Positions 9,451 through 17,687 of a DNA stretch of 24,545 bases are shown here, one piece after another. The first letter of the stretch is position 1; the number at the start of each line of letters is the position of its first letter. The position numbers were made by a program, and so were the translations under genes. The notes under the pieces are model-generated. The model was not told where the DNA came from and ran no database searches. It saw nothing but the letters and a program-made list of their open reading frames with translations. Source of the stretch: Candidatus Hydrothermarchaeales archaeon (GTDB lineage Archaea; Hydrothermarchaeota; Hydrothermarchaeia; Hydrothermarchaeales; JAZGAD01); the NCBI GenBank assembly GCA_036444275.1, contig JAZGAD010000019.1:1-24545 (forward strand). The letters are read 5' to 3'.

Positions 9451-9966
9451 TCAAGGGTGCAACAACTCGAGGATTTCTTTCAATACGCTCTCCCTATTCC
9501 CCTCGTGTATCTCATAGAGCCTCACATCTCGCCTATGCTTAAGTTCCTCTACAAAGGGGTGCCTTGAGCGGTAATGTATGGTCGCCAAGACATTTACTGG
9601 TGCCTCGAATGCTTGCCGCACGGCTCTTATGAAAGCATCGCTATGGAGTTCCATCGGTCCTATCTCGTCTATTACCACGAGATCGCAACTATGTGCGGCC
9701 CTTTCTATTGCGCCAGCGCCTATTACGTTTAGGTCCTGAAGGTTCACTCGGTACTTGCCTACTCTTGGTCCTGAACCTAGTATGTGGGCCAGTGTCCCCT
9801 CCTCGCCAGTCTTTAGGTCCATGATATTGAAGCCTATTCTAGTGCCCTCCTCCTTTATCTCTGCCGAGATGATTCCACCTACCTCCCAGTCTTCTAGTGC
9901 CTCTATTATTTTTTTGCACAGCGTAGTCTTCCCGCATCCCGGTTTTCCTGTGATGAGAATTTTCAT
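9451..9966 (-). CDS. THEP1-family nucleoside triphosphatase (NTPase_1)
   Basis: ITGKPGCGKTT, RIGF, GPRVGKYRV, VIDEIGPMEL. Confidence 0.93.
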   Translation of the reverse strand: MKILITGKPGCGKTTLCKKIIEALEDWEVGGIISAEIKEEGTRIGFNIMDLKTGEEGTLAHILGSGPRVGKYRVNLQDLNVIGAGAIERAAHSCDLVVIDEIGPMELHSDAFIRAVRQAFEAPVNVLATIHYRSRHPFVEELKHRRDVRLYEIHEGNRESVLKEILELLHP

Positions 9967-10002
9967 GGCTAATTATTAAGTTAGGGAGGATAATTAAACC
10001 CT

Positions 10003-10560
10003 ATGATGGACAAGATCGTCTTCGTTGGAAGGTCGAACGTGGGGAAGAGCAGTACTATAAAGATGCTTACAGGGGCCAAGGTCAGGGTAGGTAGGAGACC
10101 TGGGATGACATTAGAGCCTAATTTTGTTCAATACGGCGAGTATACTATTGTGGATATGCCTGGCTTCGGATTCATGCAAGGGGTGAGCAAGAAGCGCCAG
10201 GAGAAGATAAAGGATTTCATTGTTCATTATTTGGAGCACAGCGAGGAGATTGCATTTGCAGTGCAGATAATAGATGCAAAGGCATTTGCTGAGATAGCTG
10301 AAAGGTGGGACAAACGTGGAATGATACCGATAGAAGTGGAGATGTTCCAGTTTCTGAAGGAGGTAGGACTCAACCCCATCGTGGTCTGTAATAAAATGGA
10401 CAAGGTTGAGAGAAATGAATGGAGCGAGAGGCTTCAGGTTATTGCCAGTTGGTTGAATGTAACGCGGGATGTTTCCTCTGTTTTGATTCCATTCTCAGCC
10501 AAGAAGGGCGTCGGTCTCAATGAATTGAAACTGATGTTGAGGTCGCGGATGGTGGATTGA
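10003..10560 (+). CDS. engB: GTP-binding protein EngB
   Basis: G1 GRSNVGKSS, G2 PGMT, G3 DMPGFG, G4 NKMD, G5 SAK. Confidence 0.92.
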   Translation: MMDKIVFVGRSNVGKSSTIKMLTGAKVRVGRRPGMTLEPNFVQYGEYTIVDMPGFGFMQGVSKKRQEKIKDFIVHYLEHSEEIAFAVQIIDAKAFAEIAERWDKRGMIPIEVEMFQFLKEVGLNPIVVCNKMDKVERNEWSERLQVIASWLNVTRDVSSVLIPFSAKKGVGLNELKLMLRSRMVD

Positions 10561-10628
10561 GTTATTTTTAAGTAATAGGAATTTAATATAAATACTCCTC
10601 AAGATATGGGCCTGTTTGAGGTGGTATC

Positions 10629-11111
10629 ATGGAGCTGAAGACCGTTAGAATAGAGAAGCCAGAAGACACCAACATAATATTGGGGCAGTCGCACTTCATA
10701 AAGACCGTGGAGGACCTCTATGAGGTAATGGTTACGTCTGTTCCAAATGCGAAATTCGGGATAGCATTCTGCGAATCGTCAGGCCCCTGCTTGGTTCGCG
10801 TCGAGGGCAATGACGATGAACTCAGAAACATAGCATCAAAAAACGCATACACGTTAGCAGCTGGCCATTCCTTCATCATAGTGATGCGGGATGCATTCCC
10901 AGTAAACGTTCTGAACGCGGTGAAAAGCGTGCCGGAAGTATGCAGCATATACTGTGCAACAGCAAACGACGTAGAAGTAATAATAGCCGAGACCGAGCAG
11001 GGTAGAGGAATCCTTGGCGTAGTAGATGGCTTGAAATCAAAAGGCATAGAAGCAGAAAAGGACGTAAAGGAAAGAAAGGAATTCCTCAGAAAGATAGGCT
11101 ACAAGCTTTAG
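10629..11111 (+). CDS. Adenosine-specific kinase family protein (DUF355)
   Basis: [45 protein letters not shown]. Confidence 0.9.
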   Translation: MELKTVRIEKPEDTNIILGQSHFIKTVEDLYEVMVTSVPNAKFGIAFCESSGPCLVRVEGNDDELRNIASKNAYTLAAGHSFIIVMRDAFPVNVLNAVKSVPEVCSIYCATANDVEVIIAETEQGRGILGVVDGLKSKGIEAEKDVKERKEFLRKIGYKL

Positions 11112-11136
11112 CGAATAAGCAAATTTCCTCTGTATT

Positions 11137-12372
11137 TTACTTAGCCTTCAATCTGCTCAACATTAACTCAACGCCTTTGGCGACACCCTCAGTCTCCATC
11201 CAACCTTCAGGCTTTATCGCATCGCCGACGTAGTACAAACCATCTATCGGGCTTTCTGGACTAAGGTGCTTACCTGAGGGCGTCCTATTGACAGGCCATC
11301 CATCTCTGTAGCTCTGGACCATGAGTATCTTGCAGTGTTTGTCGAAATCCGGGAAGATCTCATGTAATTCCTCAATGCCGAGCTTTATCTCCTTCTTTAT
11401 GTTGTTGGATTCCAACTTCTGATGAGTCATCAGCAAATGCTTTCCCTTTGGTGCGAGAGAAGGATCAGCGTTCGTAACTTCATTGGCACCGTTAATTCTC
11501 CTAGTAGGGGTGAAGAGCACACCAGTATGCTTGAGCATGGGCTTGTCACAGGCAATTGATATCTTAATTCCGCCCACCTCTCTGGCGTTGCTCACCGCTT
11601 TCACGTAGCTCCTGTCAAAATTTACCTCTCCACACAGCTCTATTGTCTTTTTCGGGCCAATATCGCTTATAATCACGTCGAACTCGTAGTTGTCTTCCTG
11701 CGTCGAAAGTCCCTTTACGCGCCCGTCTTCTATTGAGATAGCATTTACCGGTTTTTTGTAGAGTATCTGCCCATTAAGCCTCTTGAATTCCTTAACTAAC
11801 GCTCTGGTAACGCCTTTACACCCTCCTTGAGGTATGCCTGCAGCCCCCAGTTTGGTAATGTTTCTAGTGATGGAGATAACCTCCCGGGATGAAATCTCGT
11901 CTAAGCTCACGCTAAGCGTCCATCCGCAAAAGGAATCCGAAATAGCATAGACTAGCTCGTTATTTATCCTTTCATGCAACCATTGTCTAAAGGTTTCATT
12001 TCCCCCAGAGCCAAATTTCAAATCGGCTATGAGCTTAGTGATTCGAATCTTATCCCGCATTGAAAACAGTCGTGGTATCTCGTTGTGCCGATAGTCCTTT
12101 CCATCTATTCTGAAGACGCCGGGTGGATCAGAGGGGATGATCTTGACCGCAATGCCCAAGTTTTTCAACATACTAGCTAGAGGCCCATTACTTCCATGTG
12201 GAATCATATGCAATGCCCCAGTCGAAAGCGCAAAACCCTGATATTTAATGTTAGTAAATCGCCCCCCTGAATATGGCAGTTTTTCAAAGATTATTACTTC
12301 ATGCCCTTTCTTGACTAGAGAAACAGCACTCAATAAGCCACCTAAACCAGCGCCTACAACTCCAATCCTCAT
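11137..12372 (-). CDS. FAD-dependent oxidoreductase, phytoene desaturase (CrtI)-like
   Basis: VVGAGLGGL Rossmann motif, FEK..YSGGR, STGALHMIPHG, GLYYVGD. Confidence 0.85.
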   Translation of the reverse strand: MRIGVVGAGLGGLLSAVSLVKKGHEVIIFEKLPYSGGRFTNIKYQGFALSTGALHMIPHGSNGPLASMLKNLGIAVKIIPSDPPGVFRIDGKDYRHNEIPRLFSMRDKIRITKLIADLKFGSGGNETFRQWLHERINNELVYAISDSFCGWTLSVSLDEISSREVISITRNITKLGAAGIPQGGCKGVTRALVKEFKRLNGQILYKKPVNAISIEDGRVKGLSTQEDNYEFDVIISDIGPKKTIELCGEVNFDRSYVKAVSNAREVGGIKISIACDKPMLKHTGVLFTPTRRINGANEVTNADPSLAPKGKHLLMTHQKLESNNIKKEIKLGIEELHEIFPDFDKHCKILMVQSYRDGWPVNRTPSGKHLSPESPIDGLYYVGDAIKPEGWMETEGVAKGVELMLSRLKAK

Positions 12373-12539
12373 ACTTCTCCCTCAGAGATAGCATCGACAA
12401 CGCAGAAGGCTATACACGCCTTACATTCCTGGCACTTATCCCCATTGATTGATGCCGTACCCAGGACTGAAATTGCCTCAGTAGGGCATATAGGAACACA
12501 TGCGCCGCAGCCTACACATTTTTCAGCATCTAGCAGCAT
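12369..12539 (-). CDS. 2x[4Fe-4S] ferredoxin (56 aa, not in the ORF track)
   Basis: Hand translation MLLDAEKCVGCGACVPICPTEAISVLGTASINGDKCQECKACIAFCVVDAISEGEV; two CxxCxxCxxxC motifs; ATGA overlap with the oxidoreductase. Confidence 0.92.
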   Translation of the reverse strand: MLLDAEKCVGCGACVPICPTEAISVLGTASINGDKCQECKACIAFCVVDAISEGEV

Positions 12540-12609
12540 TTCCTCATCGCCTCAAGCAAGAACTACGAAGGATATAAATATTTTGAAAGACATTGTAGAT
12601 ACGATTAAA

Positions 12610-13017
12610 GTGGAACCATCTTACCTGCTATCCCTAAACCCTGTAGTAGTTGTAAAAGTATTGATACCAATGCTAATTATGGTGTCCCTGTTCCTTTTCT
12701 TCGGCGCCCTAGGAGCTGGTATAGAAGAGGTCACCTGGGAGAAAGTACTCTTCGCCTCTATCGTTGCTATAGGTGCCCAGTGGATCACAGCGACTATCCT
12801 TTCTATAATCCCGGTTATAGGTGGGATATTAGGCTTTATATTCAGCATTTTGGTTATGATCTATATCCTACGTATAAGCTTCTTAACCACATGGGGGAAG
12901 GCAGCGACAGCATTTGCTCTAGCAGCCGTTGCAGAATTAACCACGGGTGCGATCCTGCAACTCTATCTCGGCATAAACTTTCTGTCCTTCGTTCAACGCC
13001 TCTTTTTCGTGGCCTGA
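12610..13017 (+). CDS. Hypothetical membrane protein (about 4 TM)
   Basis: Hydrophobic part of ORF 12445-13017; start moved to in-frame GTG 12610 (or ATG 12670), downstream of TATA-like GATATAAATA at 12571, which avoids the ferredoxin overlap. Confidence 0.7.
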   Translation: MEPSYLLSLNPVVVVKVLIPMLIMVSLFLFFGALGAGIEEVTWEKVLFASIVAIGAQWITATILSIIPVIGGILGFIFSILVMIYILRISFLTTWGKAATAFALAAVAELTTGAILQLYLGINFLSFVQRLFFVA

Positions 13018-13090
13018 ACAAAAATGTAGACAGATGAGTTAAGAGTGTAAACCAGACTTCTATATACCGCCAAGTATAAGAGAAATGAAG

Positions 13091-13153
13091 GGAGAGTAGA
13101 GACCGGTAACTGCTTTTTTATCCCCTCACTCACCTCCCAGCCCTCTACTCTCC
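13091..13153 (+). ncRNA. Candidate small RNA: 11-bp terminal stem with an anti-SD loop
   Basis: GGAGAGTAGAG (13091-13101) is the perfect reverse complement of CTCTACTCTCC (13143-13153); loop contains TCACCTCCC; TATA-like CTATATAC about 30 nt upstream. Confidence 0.4.
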
Positions 13154-13217
13154 TACTCCCATTAAATATCTATTTGAGAAGGAAATGTCTGTTCCAAGAA
13201 CGTAAGCATTTAAATGA

Positions 13218-13562
13218 CTACTTAGCCTTGCCGTAGTACTCGTCTACTGGATATCTCTCCCTATTGGCCTCCAGCTTCCTCCTGAGAGAGGATGATACAT
13301 CCAGCTTCAGAATGCTCGCAAGGCACAAACAGTAGAGGAAGACATCAGCCAATTCCTCTTGGATTCTACCCAGGCGCTCGTTATCTGATAGGATTTCTCT
13401 CTCCTCTAGATTTTCCCACTGGAATATCTCAAGTAGCTCTGTGGCTTCGATTGTTATAGAAATAGCTAGGTCTTTGGGTTTGTGATACTTCCTCCAGGCT
13501 CGCTCGTCTCGGAATTCTTCAACCTCCCTCTTGAGTTCAGCTATCGTGGCATCTTCATCCAT
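13218..13562 (-). CDS. MazG-like nucleotide pyrophosphohydrolase (dCTPase family)
   Basis: FRDERAWRKYHKPKDLAISITIEATELLEIFQW, EELADV, KLEANRERYP. Confidence 0.92.
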   Translation of the reverse strand: MDEDATIAELKREVEEFRDERAWRKYHKPKDLAISITIEATELLEIFQWENLEEREILSDNERLGRIQEELADVFLYCLCLASILKLDVSSSLRRKLEANRERYPVDEYYGKAK

Positions 13563-13566
13563 GCTT

Positions 13567-14358
13567 TCACCTTCCCTTCAATATCTTCCTATGCCTTTTA
13601 CAGATCATTCTAATCTTCAGTTGCGCATTGATCATCTCCTCTTGGGTATGTGCATTGTAGAGTCTGCATCCTGGGTCGTCACAGAATGCCTCTTGTGTAA
13701 GAAAGAAGCTCAATGCTTGAAGAACATATCCCTTTATAACCTCAGTTAAGCGTTCATCGTAATCCAGCATCCTGTCCTTGAATTCTTCTTTGAGTTCTTC
13801 CTTAAACTTCTCTTCATCTGGCACTTGGAAGCCCATCTGTTCAGCTTTTTGTCTGGCTAGGAGTCTAGCATAATATTCCCTGGGCCTTGCTGGGGCCTCC
13901 ACTAACCCCGTGGTAGAGATCAGCGCTAGCGGGTAACTGCATATTATGGTCCTGCCGTGGTATCTATTGCCGCCCCATGTCGCGAGCATCCTGCTAGTGA
14001 ATACCACGTGGAAGCCCTTTCCTTTAATCATTCCTTGGAAAATTCTTTCTAATTCAAAGCCCTCGTATACATGCTTAGCATCAAAGAGGATAGGCTCCTT
14101 ACTCTCCAGAAGCCGTGTCTCGAAGGAGATGTCTTTCATCGATGGATTAGGATTTATTTCATTTTGCTTAGTGTAGTCCTTGATTATTATCCCGGCGAGC
14201 TTCTTCGATAGCTCCTTGGGAAAGGCCCAGTATTCCAAAAAATCGCCTCTTATATCGGCCTCAAATAGTGTCTCCCTCTTTAGGTAGCCTACTACCTCCT
14301 TCAAGTTCAAATCATGTGTCATATCACTATAGATGTAAACTAGCATCACAATCCCCAT
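13567..14358 (-). CDS. Archaeal putative metallopeptidase (DUF6775-like)
   Basis: YHGRTII, STTGLVEAPARPREYY, FCDDPGCRLYNAHTQEEM, C-terminal CKRH. Confidence 0.75.
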   Translation of the reverse strand: MGIVMLVYIYSDMTHDLNLKEVVGYLKRETLFEADIRGDFLEYWAFPKELSKKLAGIIIKDYTKQNEINPNPSMKDISFETRLLESKEPILFDAKHVYEGFELERIFQGMIKGKGFHVVFTSRMLATWGGNRYHGRTIICSYPLALISTTGLVEAPARPREYYARLLARQKAEQMGFQVPDEEKFKEELKEEFKDRMLDYDERLTEVIKGYVLQALSFFLTQEAFCDDPGCRLYNAHTQEEMINAQLKIRMICKRHRKILKGR

Positions 14359-14506
14359 TATGCCCTGTCATATCATATTTAATTAACACTATCACCAATC
14401 CCGCTAAGGTATAGTTATACAAGGCTATATGTCTAACACCTAGACGATAAACTTTGAAAGGACTAAGCTAGTAAAATTTATCTATCTCAGCGTTGAGTTA
14501 AGCCAT

Positions 14507-15019
14507 ATGAAGCCTCTTTATGTATTGGCAGCTGAGGCGAGACTGAAGGGTCAGCCCAAGAGACACGCCAAGGTATACAAGGACGATATCTCTGTTTTTG
14601 AAGCAGACATGATGCACATCAGGAATCACCTGCTCTCCAATGGCACGCAGAGCTTCGGCCAGATTGCGAATGCCACTGGGGTACCAAAGGCAACGGTTCA
14701 AAAGTTGCTTTCACCTCGTGGGATAAGGCGCGTCTTTGATTATCGTCAGCTGGAGACGATGCGGAAGAGGAATATTAAGAGATATATGAAGGTCCTCGCT
14801 GGGCACACCGGTGTATTGCGAGATGGGAAGGGCAAGTGGACTGGTTTAGAGTTCAGGGATAGCGATAAAGAGAGGTTCCAGGCGTGGCTTTTCCTCCAGG
14901 GCTACATGCTTCTGACCTCGCGCGTTAGGAGAGGTGAAGTTAGTTATCACATAGTAGCGGTACCCCCGTACCTGAAAGAAGAAATCAATTCGCTGTATAC
15001 CCATAGGATAAATCCATAA
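14507..15019 (+). CDS. Basic helix-turn-helix protein of unknown function
   Basis: QSFGQIANATGVPKATVQKLL fits an HTH pattern; remainder unrecognised and Arg/Lys-rich. Confidence 0.65.
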   Translation: MKPLYVLAAEARLKGQPKRHAKVYKDDISVFEADMMHIRNHLLSNGTQSFGQIANATGVPKATVQKLLSPRGIRRVFDYRQLETMRKRNIKRYMKVLAGHTGVLRDGKGKWTGLEFRDSDKERFQAWLFLQGYMLLTSRVRRGEVSYHIVAVPPYLKEEINSLYTHRINP

Positions 15020-15090
15020 ACAACATTTTGATGGTATAAAATCTTTAGAGAATACTAGAATTACTTCCCCTCAAAATTCTATGGGTATAC
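14995..15090. repeat. 12-bp perfect inverted repeat enclosing 72 bp (MITE-like)
   Basis: GTATACCCATAG 14995-15006 and CTATGGGTATAC 15079-15090; located where the sequence turns AT-rich. Confidence 0.5.
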
Positions 15091-15122
15091 GGTCAGCATT
15101 AAGGGGAGGATTTTATCCAAAA

Positions 15123-15332
15123 TCAAACTCCAATTAATTCAAGAATAGGGATTACAACAGTTCGAAGAATCATACTAACTAATTCAAGCCCTCCTTGTAT
15201 CGCATATGCGGATGCCAAAAATGCGGTTAACCCCGCTAATAAATAAAATAGCTCTTTGATCGGTCTTGGAAATAATTTCCCTATTTCCTTGATGATTTCA
15301 GTTATTAATTTGAATACATTGACTATAACCAT
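15123..15332 (-). CDS. Small hydrophobic protein (69 aa)
   Basis: Amphipathic N-terminus and hydrophobic C-terminal half. Confidence 0.5.
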   Translation of the reverse strand: MVIVNVFKLITEIIKEIGKLFPRPIKELFYLLAGLTAFLASAYAIQGGLELVSMILRTVVIPILELIGV

Positions 15333-15429
15333 CTTGATACGTTTGTATTTAATTGCTTGTGAAAAACCCTTCTAGTCTATGGGAGTGGATTTCTACACAA
15401 TGGCCAATGTTTTTATCTTATAATTGTGA

Positions 15430-15729
15430 TTGATGACCATGGCATTTGAGAGGGAAGTTGTCTTGTTATCTGTGGCTTTAATACCTGCTTTGATTATTTA
15501 TTCCGTTATGGGCGCTCTTATCCCCATCAATGAGATTTCAGCTGGGGAGATGATTGTCACTGAGGTGGGGGATGAGTTGATAGAGGAAATAGATAACCCT
15601 CAGGCAAAGGGGACCGCCCAATCAATCAAAAGAAACACCCTTACTGCACTCTGGTTCATCAAAATTGGAGCATTTTTAGGCAGTTGGTTTGCCATCTATT
15701 TTTGGATGGATAGGAAAATCCCAAGATAA
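15430..15729 (+). CDS. Small two-TM membrane protein
   Basis: Two hydrophobic helices flanking an acidic loop; ATG at 15433. Confidence 0.6.
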   Translation: MMTMAFEREVVLLSVALIPALIIYSVMGALIPINEISAGEMIVTEVGDELIEEIDNPQAKGTAQSIKRNTLTALWFIKIGAFLGSWFAIYFWMDRKIPR

Positions 15730-15741
15730 TCAATAAGGTGA

Positions 15742-15755
15742 AAACAAGTTTCTAT
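15742..15755 (+). repeat. Junction repeat copy A (AAACAAGTTTCTAT)
   Basis: 14/14 identical to 17663-17676; 11-bp core shared with 16951-16961. Confidence 0.7.
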
Positions 15756-15783
15756 TTTCTGGAGTTGCCCCCTATAACTACAA

Positions 15784-16833
15784 CTAAACATCCGCTACCT
15801 TAAATTCGATTTTCATATCCTTCCCAATTATCCTTATAATATAATTTCTCAATTTTACAATCAATTCGGACAAAGAGATTTGGGAGTCTCTACAAAATTT
15901 CTCCTTACAATTATTAGGAGAGCCGCCATATTTTTTACAACCGCCAGAGTGAACTATGCAGTTTCTCAATTGATACATTACGTCAGTCAAATCTTTCCCT
16001 CCATCAACTTTTTCTACTTTAATATCGTGCTGCTCCAACAATGCTCTAATTTTTTCTTTGATTGGAGAATAATTTAATACCGATAGAACTTTTTGAATTC
16101 TCTTATCCCTCTCTTCTAGAGGGATTTCTTTTTCTTCAAGAGTCTCTATCAATAAATTCTTAATTTTCTTTTTATCGTCCACTAGAAACAATTTTTCGGG
16201 CTTGGCAGAAATTTTACTCTCAGCTTGGAGTTCAAGAATAAGCCAAAGACGAAGAAATCTCATTTGTCTATTTTGCTCCCCTAAGTACTCACAATACAAC
16301 ACATTAGATAATTTAAGGATGGTGTCTTCCTCGATAATAGGGTGGAATGGAACCCTCTGTAGATATAGTTCTACTGAATCATGATCAACAATTTCATCTC
16401 TTTTACTATAGTCAACGCTTCTATATTTCATTTGAACTAAAGTTTCTATCTTTGAAGATCCGTCCATTTGTAGAGCGAACTTCAAAAAAATTTCAATGTT
16501 AGCATTTTTCAGCAGGGAAAGGACACTGACTAAGTTTTGTACATATGGGTCAACTATTTTGAATAATTCACTTTCATTATCCGTTAGAACGTTCTTAATT
16601 TGCAGAATGGAAATGCCAACCTTTTCCCTTTGTGTCTCTATTAATCTTCTTTGAGTTTCTGCATCTGCCTGTAATTCCATCCCTATTTTCTCTGATACGT
16701 TTCGAATTAAGTCAAATTCGCTTGAGAACTCCAACCCTTCATCAAAGGGAATAATCTTTATGTTTTCATTGATCGTCAATTCTTTTTCTAATTTACAATA
16801 TTTAAAGACATAAACACAGTCGTATTTTTTCAT
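15784..16833 (-). CDS. HEPN-domain protein (ApeA/MauJ-like), putative RNase
   Basis: RFLRLWLILE helix and YQLRNCIVHSG (RxxxxH) motif; AT-rich. Confidence 0.75.
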   Translation of the reverse strand: MKKYDCVYVFKYCKLEKELTINENIKIIPFDEGLEFSSEFDLIRNVSEKIGMELQADAETQRRLIETQREKVGISILQIKNVLTDNESELFKIVDPYVQNLVSVLSLLKNANIEIFLKFALQMDGSSKIETLVQMKYRSVDYSKRDEIVDHDSVELYLQRVPFHPIIEEDTILKLSNVLYCEYLGEQNRQMRFLRLWLILELQAESKISAKPEKLFLVDDKKKIKNLLIETLEEKEIPLEERDKRIQKVLSVLNYSPIKEKIRALLEQHDIKVEKVDGGKDLTDVMYQLRNCIVHSGGCKKYGGSPNNCKEKFCRDSQISLSELIVKLRNYIIRIIGKDMKIEFKVADV

Positions 16834-16946
16834 GAAATGTACTATTAAGTGATAGCAAATAAAAGAGCGCTTATCTATTTTTACTGTACCGTTGAAAATA
16901 GTGGTTGATTATGTTTTGCTACCACGCCTAAAATAATCCGTTTTTG

Positions 16947-16961
16947 TTATAAACAAGTTTC
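16947..16961 (+). repeat. Junction repeat copy B (TTATAAACAAGTTTC)
   Basis: 15/15 identical to 17659-17673. Confidence 0.7.
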
Positions 16962-16985
16962 GATTCCAGGGAGGATTTCGGAATT

Positions 16986-17630
16986 TTAGGCTCCTGCATC
17001 GGCGGCCACTTGATTCCGGTTCTCCTGATGCGCCTCTTTTGTCTGATCCCTCCCAGAGCCAGCTATAACCATTACTCTTTGCCCTGTAGTCCATATGTTG
17101 GTCTTCACGTACATCTTTTTGGCACTCTGTTCCCTTATGGCGTTCTGGTCGCTGTTCATGAGCACTTCCCCTACAACATCTCCCACGCCCTCAGGAGCAT
17201 CAGGTCCACCTAAGATTACTATGAACTTTTCCAATTTGTACTGATCGAAATCGGTAGTAGTGGAGTGAACGACCTCCATACCCTTGTTGCCCAAGAACCC
17301 GAAGAAATCAGATGCCAACTCATAATCTATGGAGTTCGCTAGAACTACTATCTTGGGCTTTGTAGGTGGCTGAGTCGTTGGCGGTGGAGTAGTGGTGGGT
17401 GGGGCTGTAGTTGGTGGTGGACTAGTTGTAGTATGTGATTCTTCAAAACACGCTCTAACTGGATTGTGCCGATGATAAAATCCATAAGGAATACCCCATG
17501 ATGACTCACAATTAGTCCTGCAGGTATGACAACCATTTTGGTCTGTTCTCCCAGGATGAGGATGTACGGAGGTAGTTATTGATAAGAGGACTATCAGCGT
17601 TAAAATAAGGGCTTTCTTCATCTTTCTCAT
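16986..17630 (-). CDS. Secreted YHYH-type domain protein with Pro/Thr linker and C-terminal surface-protein domain
   Basis: Signal peptide MKKALILTLIVLLSI; HPGRTDQNGCHTCRTNC...YHRH; TTSPPPTTAPPTTTPPPTTQPP; VILGGPDA. Confidence 0.8.
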   Translation of the reverse strand: MRKMKKALILTLIVLLSITTSVHPHPGRTDQNGCHTCRTNCESSWGIPYGFYHRHNPVRACFEESHTTTSPPPTTAPPTTTPPPTTQPPTKPKIVVLANSIDYELASDFFGFLGNKGMEVVHSTTTDFDQYKLEKFIVILGGPDAPEGVGDVVGEVLMNSDQNAIREQSAKKMYVKTNIWTTGQRVMVIAGSGRDQTKEAHQENRNQVAADAGA

Positions 17631-17658
17631 TAACCCAGCATAAAAGAGATTTATCTTC

Positions 17659-17676
17659 TTATAAACAAGTTTCTAT
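17659..17676 (+). repeat. Junction repeat copy C (TTATAAACAAGTTTCTAT); also BRE/TATA-like on the minus strand
   Basis: Matches copies A and B; minus strand reads GAAACTTGTTTATAA about 29 nt upstream of the YHYH start. Confidence 0.7.
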
Positions 17677-17687
17677 ATCAGTGGCTT

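Noticed and set aside
12445-12609. N-terminal extension of the 190-aa ORF
   Set aside because: Overlaps the ferredoxin on the opposite strand; a later start fits the TATA position
17361-17432. Low-complexity GGT/GTA-rich repeat
   Set aside because: Explained by the Pro/Thr linker of the YHYH protein
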